64,000 nucleotides of DNA from the NCBI GenBank assembly GCA_951406725.2, contig OX597825.1, forward strand, positions 57,102,001 to 57,166,000, given 5' to 3'. The DNA is from Octopus vulgaris. Its lineage: Eukaryota. The notes under the pieces were generated by a model that was not told the origin of the DNA, ran no database searches, and saw only the letters and a list, made by a program, of their open reading frames with translations. The translations under genes were made by a program, and so were the position numbers. The first letter of the stretch is position 1. Every line of letters starts with the position of its first letter. Shown one piece after another: positions 1 through 13,279 of this stretch.

Positions 1-210
1 TTTTGCCTTACTTTCCCATTTTTTATCTCACTTTTTTTAATGAACCATATTTCAATCTTGAAATATAGCTGAAGACTGGACTGACATTGCTAAAAAACTG
101 CATTCAACTTGGTTGAGAACAGAATTAGTGATGAAGCCTAGAAGTGCATGTATACATACATAGATATATACAGATACACACACACATGTATATGTATGTA
201 TGCATGTATA

Positions 211-1431
211 CAGGGTGCATAAAGTATTTGAGGACATACCTTTTTGGGGTCATTGCTGCATTTTTTGCTAACTCTGTATAATCATTATTTCAGAAAATAA
301 TAATGGCAGATCCTCAGCTTACTCAAGAAATGAAGAGGCATGCTGTTGTAGCGATTTAGAAATATCTCGATTTTTAGAAGTTGCCAGATCTTTCATCTAC
401 AGGGTTTGTAAGGAGCTAGAAACTGAAGATGGAAACATATCACCAGTATCAAAGCATAAAAAGCATTCTAAACACTCTGAAATCATCAGAACAAGTTCAA
501 CAGACCATTGGTTACAATACCAGAAAGACCATGAGGTCAATTGCGAAAGATCTTCCATATATCAGAAGGAGCAGTCAGAAATATTATTCATGAAGACATC
601 AGATATAAGTCTTATATGATGAGGAAAGGTCAATTTGTCAGAAAAAGCAAAAGAAAATCCCTACATCAGATCTAAAAGGCTCTTAAACAAACTGAAAAAT
701 CCAGTTGAAGAAGATTTGATTTAGTTTTTCTCAAACAAGAAAAACTTTGACCAAGATCAAAAAGTTAACAGAAGAAATGACAGATGGTTATGTGCAGACC
801 CTTCTGAAGTTCCAAGTGTTATGCATACAAAATTCCCTGCAACTATCATGGTTTTAGGGGTTGTCAGCAATGAAGCACATGTAATGCCTCCTTACTTCTT
901 TCCACAAGGTCTTAGAGTTAACTCTGCTGCCTTCATTGAGAGTTCTGGAAATAGTTGTTAGGCCCTGGATAGACAGGTTATGCAATGGAAAGCCATGTGT
1001 TTCAGTAAGACTCTGCACTATCACACATGGCTCTAGTATCATAGGAATGAATGGCTGAAAATTTTCATGATCACATAACCCCTAACATTTGGCCTCCTAA
1101 TTGCCCAAATCTCAATCCATTGGACTATTACATGTGGAGTGTTGTTGAGAGAGAGGTCAATGAACAAGCCCATAACAACAAAGATTCTTTGAAAGCTGCC
1201 ATAGTCAGCATAATGTCCAAAATGAACCAGGACCAGTTGATTAGAGCATGTAGATGATTTAGATCTCATATAGAAGCAGTTGTTGAGGCTGAAGGTGGCT
1301 TTATTGAATAACATTATAGAAAAGAAGGTTTATTTTTATCCTCATAGTGTTTTTTGATAAATAAAGTTATCTGTTATTATATATGCTTTTTTATAAACAT
1401 AAATCTGTCCTCAAATATCTTATGCACCCTG
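211..1431 (+). mobile_element. Full-length but decayed Tc1/mariner DNA transposon, DD37D (maT) type
   Basis: TIRs cagggtgcataaagtatttgaggaca (211-236) and tgtcctcaaatatcttatgcaccctg (to 1431), each flanked by TA. The broken transposase from ~303 shows FFSNKKNF, VFQ*DSA and WPPNCPNLNPLDY, with 37 codons between the 2nd and 3rd catalytic D. Several stops and frameshifts. Confidence 0.9.
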
Positions 1432-1454
1432 TATATATATATATATATATATAT

Positions 1455-1725
1455 CATCATCATCGTTTTAATGTCCACTTTCCATGCTATCATGGGTTGA
1501 ACGATTTGATTGAGGACTGGCGAACCAGATGGCTGCACCGGGCTCCAATCTGATCTGGCAGAGTTTCTACAGCTGGATGCCCTTCCTAGCATCAACCACT
1601 CTGAGACTGTAGTGAATGCTTTTACGTGCCACCGGCACGAGGGCCAGTCAGGCAGTACTGGCAACGGCCATGTTCAGATGGTGTACTTTACGTGCCACCT
1701 GCACAGGAGTCAGTCCAGTGGCACT
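1455..1725 (-). mobile_element. Short interspersed repeat with RTE-like 3' end and (GAT)n tail
   Basis: The motif catcatcgtttaatgtccactttccatgc...tttctacagctggatgcccttcct recurs more than 15 times in the window on both strands, and also ends the RTE copy at 4150-4278. Confidence 0.75.
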
Positions 1726-2296
1726 GTGTATATATACATGTGTGTGTGTGTGTGTGTATGTAGTTATGTTATATTCTGTTAAGAACATAGTGCAGTACAG
1801 TATAAAGCTAGTCCACCTTCAGATTTCATCTGGTGTTATCCACTAGTAGTATTATACATACTGCTAGATTTGTGTTATGGCTTCTGTTATGTGTCAATAG
1901 ATAACTGAATAAGTTGGAGCAAACAAAAAGGAGTACAGTTGGACATTTATTTGTAATCACTACAATTGTTTCCATGCAACGTAGTTCTCAAGATTTGCAG
2001 GTATTTGGTTAGGTAACCCTTTCCTTGCGCTATGGGATTTAGTTGTTTCCTCAGGCGATATATAAATATTGCTTCTGTAAACTCTGTGTGCATATGTCAA
2101 TGTATATGCAGATATATATGGATTTGTATGTAAGTACATGTGTGTAGATATGCACATGTGACCATGTATGTTTAAATATGCAAGCACAGACATCTGGATA
2201 TATGTAGGTATGTGTAATATGTACCTGCATAATTATATACATGCATATATATGTATACATATATACATATGTTGTATATAAATATATATATATGCA

Positions 2297-4278
2297 TCGA
2301 CTCAACTGAAGGACCAGCTAACTGAATCGACAGTACCTTGGTAGATAAAGCAATTAAGGATATAGAGACAGAGAAAGAACCCTGGCCCATCAGGAATCAC
2401 CGTTGAAATGCTTAAAACATCTGGCAGTGTAGGCTTTGCTCTAGTCACCCGCATTGTTAACTTGGTGGTACATGAAGGTGTCATATCCAATGACTGGTGT
2501 TGAAGCACCATAATCAACTGCTACAAAGGTAAAGGTGATGCCTTAGATAGAAATAATTACAAAGGTATCAAATTGTTGGATCAGGTGATGACAGTTACAG
2601 AGAGGGTCAGAGCCCAATTAATTAGGGAGAGAGTTAGATGAGAGGCAGTTTGGTTTTGTGCCAGAGAGAAGCACTACTGATGCTATATTTCTGGTAAGAC
2701 AGCTGCAGAAGAAATACCTAGCCAAAGATAAACCTCTGTATTTGGATTTTGTTGACATGGAGAAAGCCTTTGACAGGGTCCCCCGATCCCTTATCTGATG
2801 GTCAATGCGGAAACTAGGGATAGATGAGTGGTTGGTGAGAGCAGTACAGGAATGCTGTCAGTAAGGTGAGGGTTGGCAATGAGTATAGTGTAAGAATGCA
2901 TGCTACAAGTAGGGGTTCATCAAAGATCAGTCCTCAGCCCCCTCTTGTTCATCCTCTAGGTAATAACAGAGGAATTTAAGACAGGCTACCCTTGAGAGCC
3001 CCTCTATGCTGATGACCTTGCTCTTATAGCTGAATCACTACAAGAACTAGAGTGAGAAGTTTCAGGTATGGAAGCAAGGTCTAGAATAGAAGTGCCTTTG
3101 AGTAAACCTAGCAAAAACCAAAGTGTTAGTAAGTAGGAAAGCAGACAAATCACAAATCCCTTCAGGTAGATGGCCCTGCATGATCTGCAGAAAAGGTGTA
3201 GGTAGAAATACCATAAGATGTGCATGGTGTAAGCTATGGACACATAAGAGGTGCAGCAATATAAGGGGAAGGTTAACAAGGAAAATAGTTTTTGTGTGTG
3301 GAAGGTGCACAGGTACAATTAACACTAAAATGTATAGAAAACAGATCCTGTCATGTGCCAGGGAGAGGGGTAGAAGTAGTTGATATCTTCAATTGCCTAG
3401 GTGACAAAGATAGTCGTGGGAGTGGATGCTACTAGAATACAAATAGGCTGGGCAAAGTTCAGAGAGCTCCTACCTCTATTGGTAACAAAGAGTTTCTCAT
3501 TTAGAGTGAAAGGCAGATTGTATGATGCCTGTGTGTGAACAGCCATGCTACACATTAATGGAACATGGGCTGTGACTGCCAAGGATATGCAGAGGCTTGT
3601 AAGAAATGAAGCTGATATGTTTTGCTGGATATATAATGTCAGTGTGCATGCACAAAAGAGTGTAAGCATAAGAAGCACCAGACGTGGTGTGCAAGAGAGA
3701 CAACTGCGCTGGTATGGTCATGTGATGCATATTGATGAGGCCAGCTGTGTGAAGTGTCATACTCTAACAGTGTGGAAGAGGTAGACCCAGGAAGACATGG
3801 GACAAGGTGGTGATGTGTGATCTCTGAATGTTGGGGCTCACAGAGGCAATGACAAGTAACTGAGACCTTTGGTGTTATGCCATGATTGAGAAGACCTGTC
3901 AAGCCAAGTGAGATCGTAGTTGTAGCCAATGCCAGTGCTGTGTGACTGGCACTGTGCCAGTGGCATGTAAAAAGCACTGTTTGAGTGTTGGACCTCACAG
4001 AGGCAGTGACAGGTGACTGAGACCTTTGGCAATATACTGTGCTTGTATAGACCTGTCAAGCCAAGTGAGACCATAGTTGTGTCAATGTTGGTGTCAAGTC
4101 AATGGCACCTGTGCCAGTGGTACGTAAAAAATACCCAATATACTCTTGGAGTGGTTGGCATCCATCTGTAGAAACCTTGCCAAATCAGATCAGAATCTGC
4201 TGCAGCTCCCCAGCATATCAGTTTTCAGTCAAACCATCCAACCCATGTCAGCATGGAAAATGGACATTAAATGATGAT
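2297..4278 (+). mobile_element. 5'-truncated, decayed RTE-clade LINE (RT with a Cys-rich PHD-like insert)
   Basis: Fragmented RT motifs QFGFVPERSTTDAIF, FVDMEKAFDRVP, GVHQRSVLSPLLF and LYADDL (~3002), then WPCMICRKGVG..C..CKLWTHKRC..FVCGRC and RLRWYGHV-like sequence. The 3' segment is duplicated (3839-3925 and 3995-4082). Confidence 0.88.
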
Positions 4279-4920
4279 TATAAGCATGTCTGGGTGCATG
4301 TATATGTATGTATGGATGAGTGTATAAATGTGTACATGTATGTATGGGTACATATATTAATATGCGTGTCTAAGTATATACATGTATCTATATATACATA
4401 TAGTATGTAAATGTGTGTGTGTGTGAGCATACATGTGTACGTATAGCTGTATATAAATGTAGATATATACAAAATGATGTCAACAGACTGACCAGTGAAT
4501 TCTTGAAGGTCAGCCAAGGGCAATTGGAAATGTAACCAACCATGAAGAATAACTCAACCGTACAAAGAAATCGAATGCCACTCACTTTAACAAGAACCCC
4601 AACTCCATACATATATTCCAAGCAGTTTATCAACAGAGCTTCAGCCATTTCATGATACACTCAGTGGCTACTACTAACTCGCAGGCCACAACAGACAGAA
4701 AGGATGTACTTGAAGCCGAGAATTTGAATTTACTGATTCAATATTTATACTTCACTTGAGGAAAGACAACTAGATCCCATAATGCAGGGAAAAGATTACA
4801 TAACCAAATAACTGCAAACTTGGAGAACTACATAGTGTGGAAACATTTGAAGTGATTACAAACTAATGTCCAACTGTACTCCTTCTTGTTCACTCCAACT
4901 TATTCGAATATATATGTATA

Positions 4921-5076
4921 TAATTGAATAAGTTGGAGTATATATAGGTCCAACCCATGCCAGCATGGAAAATGAATGTTAAAGTACAATGATATATATA
5001 TATATATATAATTGTACTTTAACATTCACTTTCCATGCTGGCATGGGTTGGACCTATATATACTCCAACTTATTCG

Positions 5077-5080
<4 letters not shown>
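4921..5080. repeat. ~70-bp-arm near-perfect inverted repeat centred on (AT)n
   Basis: 4921-4990 is the reverse complement of 5011-5080 with about 2 mismatches. A third copy of ctccaacttattcga lies at 4893-4907. Confidence 0.9.
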
Positions 5081-5117
<37 letters not shown>

Positions 5118-5384
5118 ATGGATGTGTGTGGATGTTTGTGTGTGAATGTGTACCGAAAACGCAATTGTGTTCTCAATAATCTTCTTTTATCAAAAATTTT
5201 TCATGTGGACTTTATTGCTCAAAAAAAAAAAAACAGTAAGCAACTCATATGATGTGAAAGACCCTTAATAGATAGTATAGTTGCATTTTAATACATATGT
5301 GTGTGTGTGTGAGTGTTTGTGTGTATACATACACACAGTCTCACCCATCATAGCATGCAAGAAGAGAAATAAAAACCACCAACA

Positions 5385-5415
<31 letters not shown>

Positions 5416-7041
5416 TCATTTATTTGTTTTCCATGTTTTTCCATGCTAGCATGGATTACATATTTTTTTCTGGACACTTCATAGATTCACCCCATTGCCT
5501 GCTGTAAAATGTAACTGTTTAGGGTGCAGAAAAGAATCGCCAAATAGATCTTGTACACGGAGTGTACCTAAGAAACACTTTTGTGATTCCAGCAAGAATT
5601 ATTACTCTTTTATTCTACATCCAACCTAATTTGTAGGAAAAGACTAGAAAGAGTTGTTGGTGTGGATTACTTTCCAGCAGTAAGCTAAAGGTAAAAAAAA
5701 AAAGAGGAACAAGGAAAAGAAATGAATGAGAGGAAGGTACCCAACAACAATCACTTAGACAACAAGCATTTTCATCGCTTCAGGGTTGATTTTGTGATCT
5801 TAAACTTTAGAAAGCACAGCTGTTAAAAATGGTAATATTCAGCATTGATGAAGAAACTTTGGAAACAACCTTGACAAGGAAATGTCAATGTGTATGTGTG
5901 TGCATGTGTGTTGGGAGAGGCATGGCTGTTTGTTATGTTAAAACTGGTTGTTATATAATCACAGAAACAGATCACAGAATGAATAAGATGAAAAGAAAAA
6001 CAACAAAAAAACCCAGAATCTATTGAATGAATCTCTTCTGAGAAATATGGTTACAATCACAAAAAAGTTGTATAGTTTAATAAGGCCAAAATACATACAC
6101 TAAAGTGAAAATAAATATTATGACACCAATATTAAGCAGGACTCACCAAGGATTTCATTTTCACAAATCATCATTAATATACCTTAATCAATTTAAAACA
6201 ACATTTCTGATTGTCATGAAATTCAAAGTAAGGTTCTTTATGAAGAATAACTCAACAGTACAAAGAAATCGAATTCCACTCCCTTTAACAAGAATCCCAA
6301 CATCAATACCTTGAAGAGATAAAATATGAGACAATTGGACAAAGAATACATGTGGTTACATCTTGGGAGCTCAAAGCTTGATCTCAGTGCATTTATAATG
6401 ATCTTTAATGAAATATTTAGTGAGTGTTCCTTAGTGCCTTTCAGAAGATTACTTCACCTGCATCAGTATATGTTTTTCTTGCATTTTTTTTTAATTTGTT
6501 GTTTTTTTGTCTGTACAACATTACAAGGTTTTTTATTTCTGTACAACTCTCTAACTGAACATTCAAAGATAGCTTTCTAACGTTAACAAAAACTAAGAAT
6601 TGAGATTGTTCCTTATTCTGTAAATAGTAAAATCCCAGTAAATACTATACCATATTTACATTAATAATCTCTTTAAATTAAAAAGAAAAAAAAACCTTGG
6701 CTACCAAATCAAAGAAGATTCTGGTAATTCCCTGTATATAAAATATCTACAAAATATTTCAGGGAAGAATGCACAGGAGTGTGCTTCTTATTACCTTATC
6801 CAAACCCCACACAAGGATTTGAACTTAAAAATTGCAAGCTAACAAATCACTTGCTTATGTTAGAGTTCTTACCAAATACAGCAATGTCGTATATTTACAC
6901 TATGGTACCTATTTACAGTTTGGTGGACTGAGCCAGTTATAACCAAGTCTTCGTTATGGACAACATGCAGAGCAGAGCTGGTGATGTGATTTGAACTTTT
7001 AAACTCTTTATTCAATAATATAATGCCCCACTGACACGTGA

Positions 7042-9758
7042 TCAGTTGGAGGAATTATCAATGGCAATTGTGGAAGAATTATCAACAGCAATCGTGGAGG
7101 AATTATCAACAGCAATCGTGGAGGAATTATCAACAGCAATTGCGGCAGAATTATCAACAGCAATTGTGGTGGAATTATCAACAGCAATGGTGGAGGTATT
7201 ATCAACAGAAATTGCTGTTTCAACAAAGCTTGTATTCTGTTGGTCGTCTAACACCTTTATTTCAATGTTTGGTGTGTCGATAGTAGCAACATCAATACGA
7301 CATGTGGTTACATGGCTCTCCGCATGCGCTAGAGAGGAGAAGACAGCATTACACTCACTACACATAAACACTTCTGGCATCTCCATCAGCTGAGCAGCCT
7401 GTGCCGCAGCCTGCAGAATGTTGCCTTCTGGGATACCAGATAAGTTTGACATATCGATGACAATGTCGTTTTGATCCCCCACTGGAATGGCAATGTTTTC
7501 ACCAGACTCTACCTGCTGTTGTTCCAGTTGAAGTCCATCAACTGTTAATGTCATTCCATCACTGATAACCGTTCTGCTCTGCTGCCATGATTTATCTCCT
7601 TTACAACGAGGTTGGTGGTGTTTCAGTGTAGCTGAACACGAAAACGGTTTGTTACAGTTCTGACATACATATTTACTGATTCCAGTATGAATGACCATGT
7701 GTTGAATAAGTTTCGACTTAAATTTAAATGCTCGATCACAACATGTACACTTAAATGGTTTCTCTGTAGTGTGGATATGAATCTGATGTTTCATCAACAT
7801 TGTGCGGAAAGCAAACCCTTTGCCACACAGCTGACATTTGTGAGGTTTGTTGCCGGTGTGTTTGTTGAGATGATCATTGAAATTAGCTTTACTGATGTGT
7901 TTCTGACCACAATAGTCACAAGTAAAACGATATTTTCGTTTGCTAACGTCTTTGTGAGTTTCTAAATGGTCTTTAAGAGTATTGCTTTCAAAGAAACGCC
8001 AGCCACATAAGTTGCATTCGTGTTTCTTAATGCCTTCATGTCGTTTCATGTGAGTGCGGAGGTAACGTATATGATTGAACTGTTTACCACACTGCTTACA
8101 CTGAGCTGCTTTCTCTTTTGTGTGAACAGCCTGAATATGAGTAATTAAATGGTTCCCTTTTGAAAAGAGTTTCCCACATAAATTGCACAACTTAGAATCA
8201 TCTACATGAGTTTCTTTGTGATTAATCAAAGCAGAATAGTTCGGAGCCACAAAACTGCATTGATTACATTTCATAGAAGTCTTTTTGGGATCGGGTTCCT
8301 TAGTAATTTTGTGCATAAAACTCATGTGCCAATTCAGTTTGGCAGTACCCTGAAAGCTTTTGCCACACACAGAACAGTGAACAATAGCTAACTGGGGAAA
8401 TGGTCCATGTTTACGAGACAGATGGCTCTTTAAGTCAAACAATCGATCGAAAGTTCTTTGACAGACATCACAACGCAATGGGTTTTCTATGTTGTGTTCT
8501 TGCCTTAAATGTTCAGTAATTATATCAAATTGATTATCCTGTAAGCCACACAAGTGACAAAGCAGGTCATAAGTGTGAGATGAAAGCTGTTTTGATTCTG
8601 TAGTTTTAGGAGTTTGATTAAAGGTGTTCCCAGCATACCTGGAATTTACTTCACTAGTAGATGATGATGATAAGGATGATGATGGTCCTCGACCACTTAT
8701 ACCAGCTGCAGCTAATTCAGACTTCAAATCATTCCTATTTCTCTGTCTTTGCCTTTTTTTGGAAGTGAATAAATCCCGGATGGTAGGTAATACAGCAACG
8801 TCTGACATTACTAATGGCTTGAAAACACGGGATTTAGGTTTTTTGCTAGAATCTTTTGATTTAGAAGGATTAGCACTAGTTGAAGATGCTTTAGAATTCT
8901 TCTGACTAACAGTATCACTTTGAACAGTTACTTTATCATTATCATTGTTCTTATTATTATCATTAATACTACTACTAGTGTTACTCTCATCATTTGTGAG
9001 TTTATTAGTTTCAGAACTGTCATCAATTAACATAGCCTCATCAGGTTTACCACTGTCTGAACAACTGGCACCAACTGTTTCTGAAGATGGAGAGTCTTCA
9101 TCACTCGAATCATTTAAACCATTTTCAGTGTTCATTTTAAAGAGTTCGCTTTTCTTGGGTTTTCCCACAAGGAATGAGAAATCAATTTTCTTCCCACGGG
9201 TAGAATAGCGTTTGCTATTTAACAGGTGACTATCAGCATCTGGGGTCATGTCATCGGCATCATCAAGATCTTTTTCATAAACAGTTTCTTCAGAAGCATT
9301 AACTTTATTACTAATCTCTTTCCTTGGCCTTCCTCTTTTCCTTTTGATTGTTTTAGCACCTGGACTTTGTAAATCTTCTATGGTTGAGTCAACTTTTCGA
9401 ACTTTAATATTGCTTGGGTTCAAACAGTTGTTTAGCTTTCGAGGCCGCCCACGTTTTCTGGGAGAAGATGGTGAGGCCACCAAACTAGTTGCTGGACTCT
9501 CAGGATGTTTCTCACCATTGTCTTTAGATCTTTTGGAGCTGTATTCTTTCAAAGTAACTTTTGTATCTTTGTCAGAATTATTTAATGCCCGTTTGTTCAG
9601 CTGCTTTGAAGACTGGTTAGAACAGGTGTTTTCTGGCGTTTTATCACCATTAACTATGTTGGAGGGATTCATTTCAAGTGAAGGTGGAATTCTCTGTTCT
9701 GACAGCAGGCTGACTTCAACTTGTATGCTGGCATCCATACAATTCTTTGGATACAAAT
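7042..9758 (-). CDS. Zinc-finger gene, terminal coding exon: two AT-hooks, 12 C2H2/C2HC fingers, C-terminal octapeptide repeats
   Basis: Long ORF with a polypyrimidine/CAG acceptor at 9761-9759 (phase 1, G|AT = Asp). Contains PRKRGRPRK and KRKRGRPRK, fingers with HTGNKPHKC, HTTEKPFKC and HTGISKYVC linkers, and TGA at 7044-7042. Confidence 0.93.
7045..7215 (-). repeat. Coding 24-bp tandem repeat (~7 x AVDNSSTI)
   Basis: Repeated ggaattatcaacagcaatcgtgga units, in frame at the C-terminus of the zinc-finger protein. Confidence 0.9.
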
Positions 9759-10779
9759 CTGAAAAAAAAAAAAATAAATAAAATAATGGTTTCTGATTAA
9801 AGTACAAGGCCAGCAATTTTGAGGGATGGAGAGTGGTCAATACAATCAACCCCAAACTTAAACAGAGCTTTAATTTATTGATCCCACCGAAAGGATGAAA
9901 GGCAAAGTTGATTCAACAGGATTTGAACTCACAATGTAAAGAGCCAGAGAAAAACACCACAAAGTACTTTTTCTGACATTCTAGCGATTCTGCCAGTTTT
10001 ACTGCCTTTATGGCATTTTGATTTAGACACAAGGCCAGCAATTTTAAGGGAGGGGGACTAGTCAATACCATCAACTCAAGTATTTGATAAGTATTATATC
10101 TCATCATCCCTAGAGGGATAAAAAGCAAAGTTGGTCTCAGTAAGAATTGAACTCAAAATGTAAAGAGTTGGAAAAATACCACAAAACATTTCTTCTGTTT
10201 TAACAGTTCTACTATTCCACCACCCTCATATAATAATTGATTCTAATTAAGGCACAAAGTGCGCAAGTTTAGGGTAAGGGAACAGTCAATTACATCAAGT
10301 CCTGTAACTGGTACTTTATTTTATCAACCCCGAAAGAATAAAAGACAAAGCTGACCACAGTATGTCTCCACTCCCTATTTTACAGCTGAACTCAAGATGT
10401 AAAGAGGCAAAAGAACAACAACAAGGCATTTTGTCCAACACTCTCACAATTTTGCCAATCCCCTGCCCAGAAGGATGAAAGATAAAAAGTTGACCTGGGC
10501 AAGAACACAAAGAGCAGTAAATATCATAAGGGGTTTGGGCCAACACACTAATGCCAATCTGCCAACCATTTCCTTGCAAATATTAATGGAATGTTGATTG
10601 TGTATTTAAGATGCTGGACTACAGGCCTATTGACCAAATGGTTAGTAGCTCAAGCCGATCTACTGTAACCATTATAATACCTATCAAATACTGGTGTTGA
10701 TGGTATTGATAAGTCTCCTCCCCATCCTGAGTACATCACCTTATACTGTTTATTCTACCTGGCTGAGAAAAACAAAAAT

Positions 10780-11062
10780 TTTACTCTCTACCTCTCAACT
10801 GATTAGTCAAAGATAGGGAGGAGTATCATCTAGTATAATCTACTCCCTACTTCACGGTCGACCGGACAGCAGTAGGAAAGAATATCATCCAACATATCTC
10901 TACTCTTTACTTCTCAATCGGTTAATGGTAAGAAGGTATACTATCCAGCATATCTACACTCTACTTCACAGTTGAACAGGTAATAATAAGGAGTATTAAC
11001 TAGTATACTCCACTCTCTACTTTACAGCTGAGTGGTTAGTAGTAAGGAATATTCACCTAGCT
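10780..11062. repeat. Degenerate intronic minisatellite, ~55-bp unit, ~5 copies
   Basis: Recurring gagtat(c/t)a.c(t/c)agtata..c.actc.ctactt(c/t)ac.g.(t/c)ga pattern. Confidence 0.65.
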
Positions 11063-11298
11063 ATAAAAATAATTATGATAAGAAATAAACCATCTTGCTT
11101 ATGCAAAAAATATACATGTTGTATGGAAAACAATTCCAATCTGACACCATTGAAGACTGGGTCCTTTGATTCACTTGTGCCACATTCCTGGACATAACAT
11201 TTGTTAATTCTCTTTCAAATGTAGTCGGTCATTGGGGAGTGGGGTTCTGACTTTAGACTACATGCTTCATATGGCCATTAAGAAAATAGTTTACTGAC

Positions 11299-11377
11299 CT
11301 TCATCAGTCTGAGTATTTTTCTCTTCATATTGTTTTGTGGGAATAACTTGTTCTGTATTCAGATCTCCAATAATGGC
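11299..11377 (-). CDS. Zinc-finger gene internal exon (79 nt, AIIGDLNTEQVIPTKQYEEKNTQTDE)
   Basis: ttttcttttcag acceptor and G|gtcagt donor. Phase 0 in and phase 1 out match both neighbouring exons. Confidence 0.8.
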
Positions 11378-11856
11378 CTGAAAAGAAAACAGTAAAGATG
11401 ATTAGGCCAAACATGAAAAACATGTATAGAAAATGTCACAGCTTGCATTTAGAGAAACCACAGTGTGCATAGAGAAAATAACATACTTTTTGGCATACAA
11501 GTCAAATTTTTCAAAATTTACAGACAAAAAAGATAGGTCATATATACACTGAGATGAAATGCTGCAGGATTTTAAAAGATAGAGATGATGAACAAATGTT
11601 TACACTACATCATGATCATGATCATTATCATCAATATTTAACATCCATTTTTCATGTTGGCATGAGGTGGGCAGTCGGACCAATGCTGGCAAGCCAGAGA
11701 GCTGCACCAGGATCCAGTCTATTTGGCTTGGTTCCTGTGGCCGGCTGCACATCCTAATGCCAATCACCTTACAGTGTGTGCTGGGTGCTTTTTACATGGC
11801 ACCAGCACATGTTTGCGCTATATACTACACCAACTTCTATGCTGGAAAATACAGTA

Positions 11857-11909
<53 letters not shown>

Positions 11910-11959
11910 GTTACAATGTGTATATAGAGAAAATATGAGTATACAGTAAAGAAAGTAAC

Positions 11960-11993
<34 letters not shown>

Positions 11994-13279
11994 CACTCAA
12001 ATAAACTAGTGATCACTGACCTCAGAGTAAGGGCAGGATAGACTCAAAGACAAGAGGACAATCTGGAGAAAGAATGTATGAAAGCTGAAAGATCCCATAC
12101 AAAGAAGTAGTAGTTGATGCTTATGAGTAAAAGTGACAGGGAAATAATAGAGTCTGTAAATGCACAAGAGATGTAGTGAGATGACAGTGGGACGATGTGA
12201 TGAAATACATAGAAGATTGGAAACCAAAGACATAATTTGTATGACAGCAATGCTTATTTATATATTCTACAAATAATTATAAGCGTTTACCATGTATTGG
12301 CTAAAGAAAATGGTGTTATATAGGAGCATATAAGCCCCCAATGGAAAAAATGATTATTAGAATGAGTGGGAATCAAACCCACAACTCCCTCTTATTTTTG
12401 TTATAAGAGTGCAAAATATATTGTGAAATAAGAGGTGTGGGCTCAATTCCTGTGTACTAATACCCATTTCTTTTTCAGTCACAGGCTTATATGCCCCAAT
12501 ATTAGACTATTTTCTTTAGCTAATACATGGTGAATACTTATAAGCTTAAAGCTTATAATAATTATTCAGAGAATTTTCATTCATCACCATTTCTTAATTT
12601 AATGCAGTATATATATATATATATATACGCATATATATATGTATATGTGTATACACACATACACCCCCACCCCACCCAGGCTTCTTTCAGTTTCTGTCTA
12701 TCATATCCACTCACAAGGCTTTAACTGGCCAGGAGCTGTAGTAAAAGACACCTGGCTAATGTGTCACACAGTGGGACTGAACTTGGAACCATGTGGATGG
12801 AGAATAAATTTCTTCACCACACAGCCATGCTAGCACCTGTTTGTACAGAAATAAATGCCAGATAATAATTTTCTATGGATGTTGACATAATGATAAATCA
12901 GATGACTTTATATGGATTTTTAAAAATTGTTTTTTAGCTTTATGATATAAACTTTTGTTCGTTTATTTTCTTCTTAAGTGTACGTTAATTAGACAAAATA
13001 CTGTAGTATTTTTATTTTACAGTTTCATTCTATGTCAGGTGAGAAGTAACAATAATCAAGAGAATTATGTGTGCAATTCCTAGCTAAACATGCAACAACA
13101 GCAGCAGCTTGCATCATGTCACTGCATGAACTTGCAAACATAGCCAACACATATGTCAGTATGAAAAAACAAAAACAAACGAAAAAATACAAAACAAGAA
13201 AAAAACAGACAAGAGTCAATAACGATTTCAGAAATTTTTGTTTGATTTTTCTCTGCAAAGCTAGAAGTGAAATTCTTAC

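Noticed and set aside
4487-4540. ctgacca...ggaaatgtaac, a possible hammerhead
   Set aside because: Core mismatch and no clear helix I or III pairing.
7038-9781. Plus-strand ORFs overlapping the zinc-finger exon (e.g. WRNYQQQ repeat, 9344-9781)
   Set aside because: Antisense shadows of the coding exon and its tandem repeat.
9759-9855. N-terminal 32 aa of the 937-aa ORF (MGLIVLTTL...FFFFS)
   Set aside because: Intronic SINE sequence and polypyrimidine tract upstream of the CAG acceptor; not true coding sequence.
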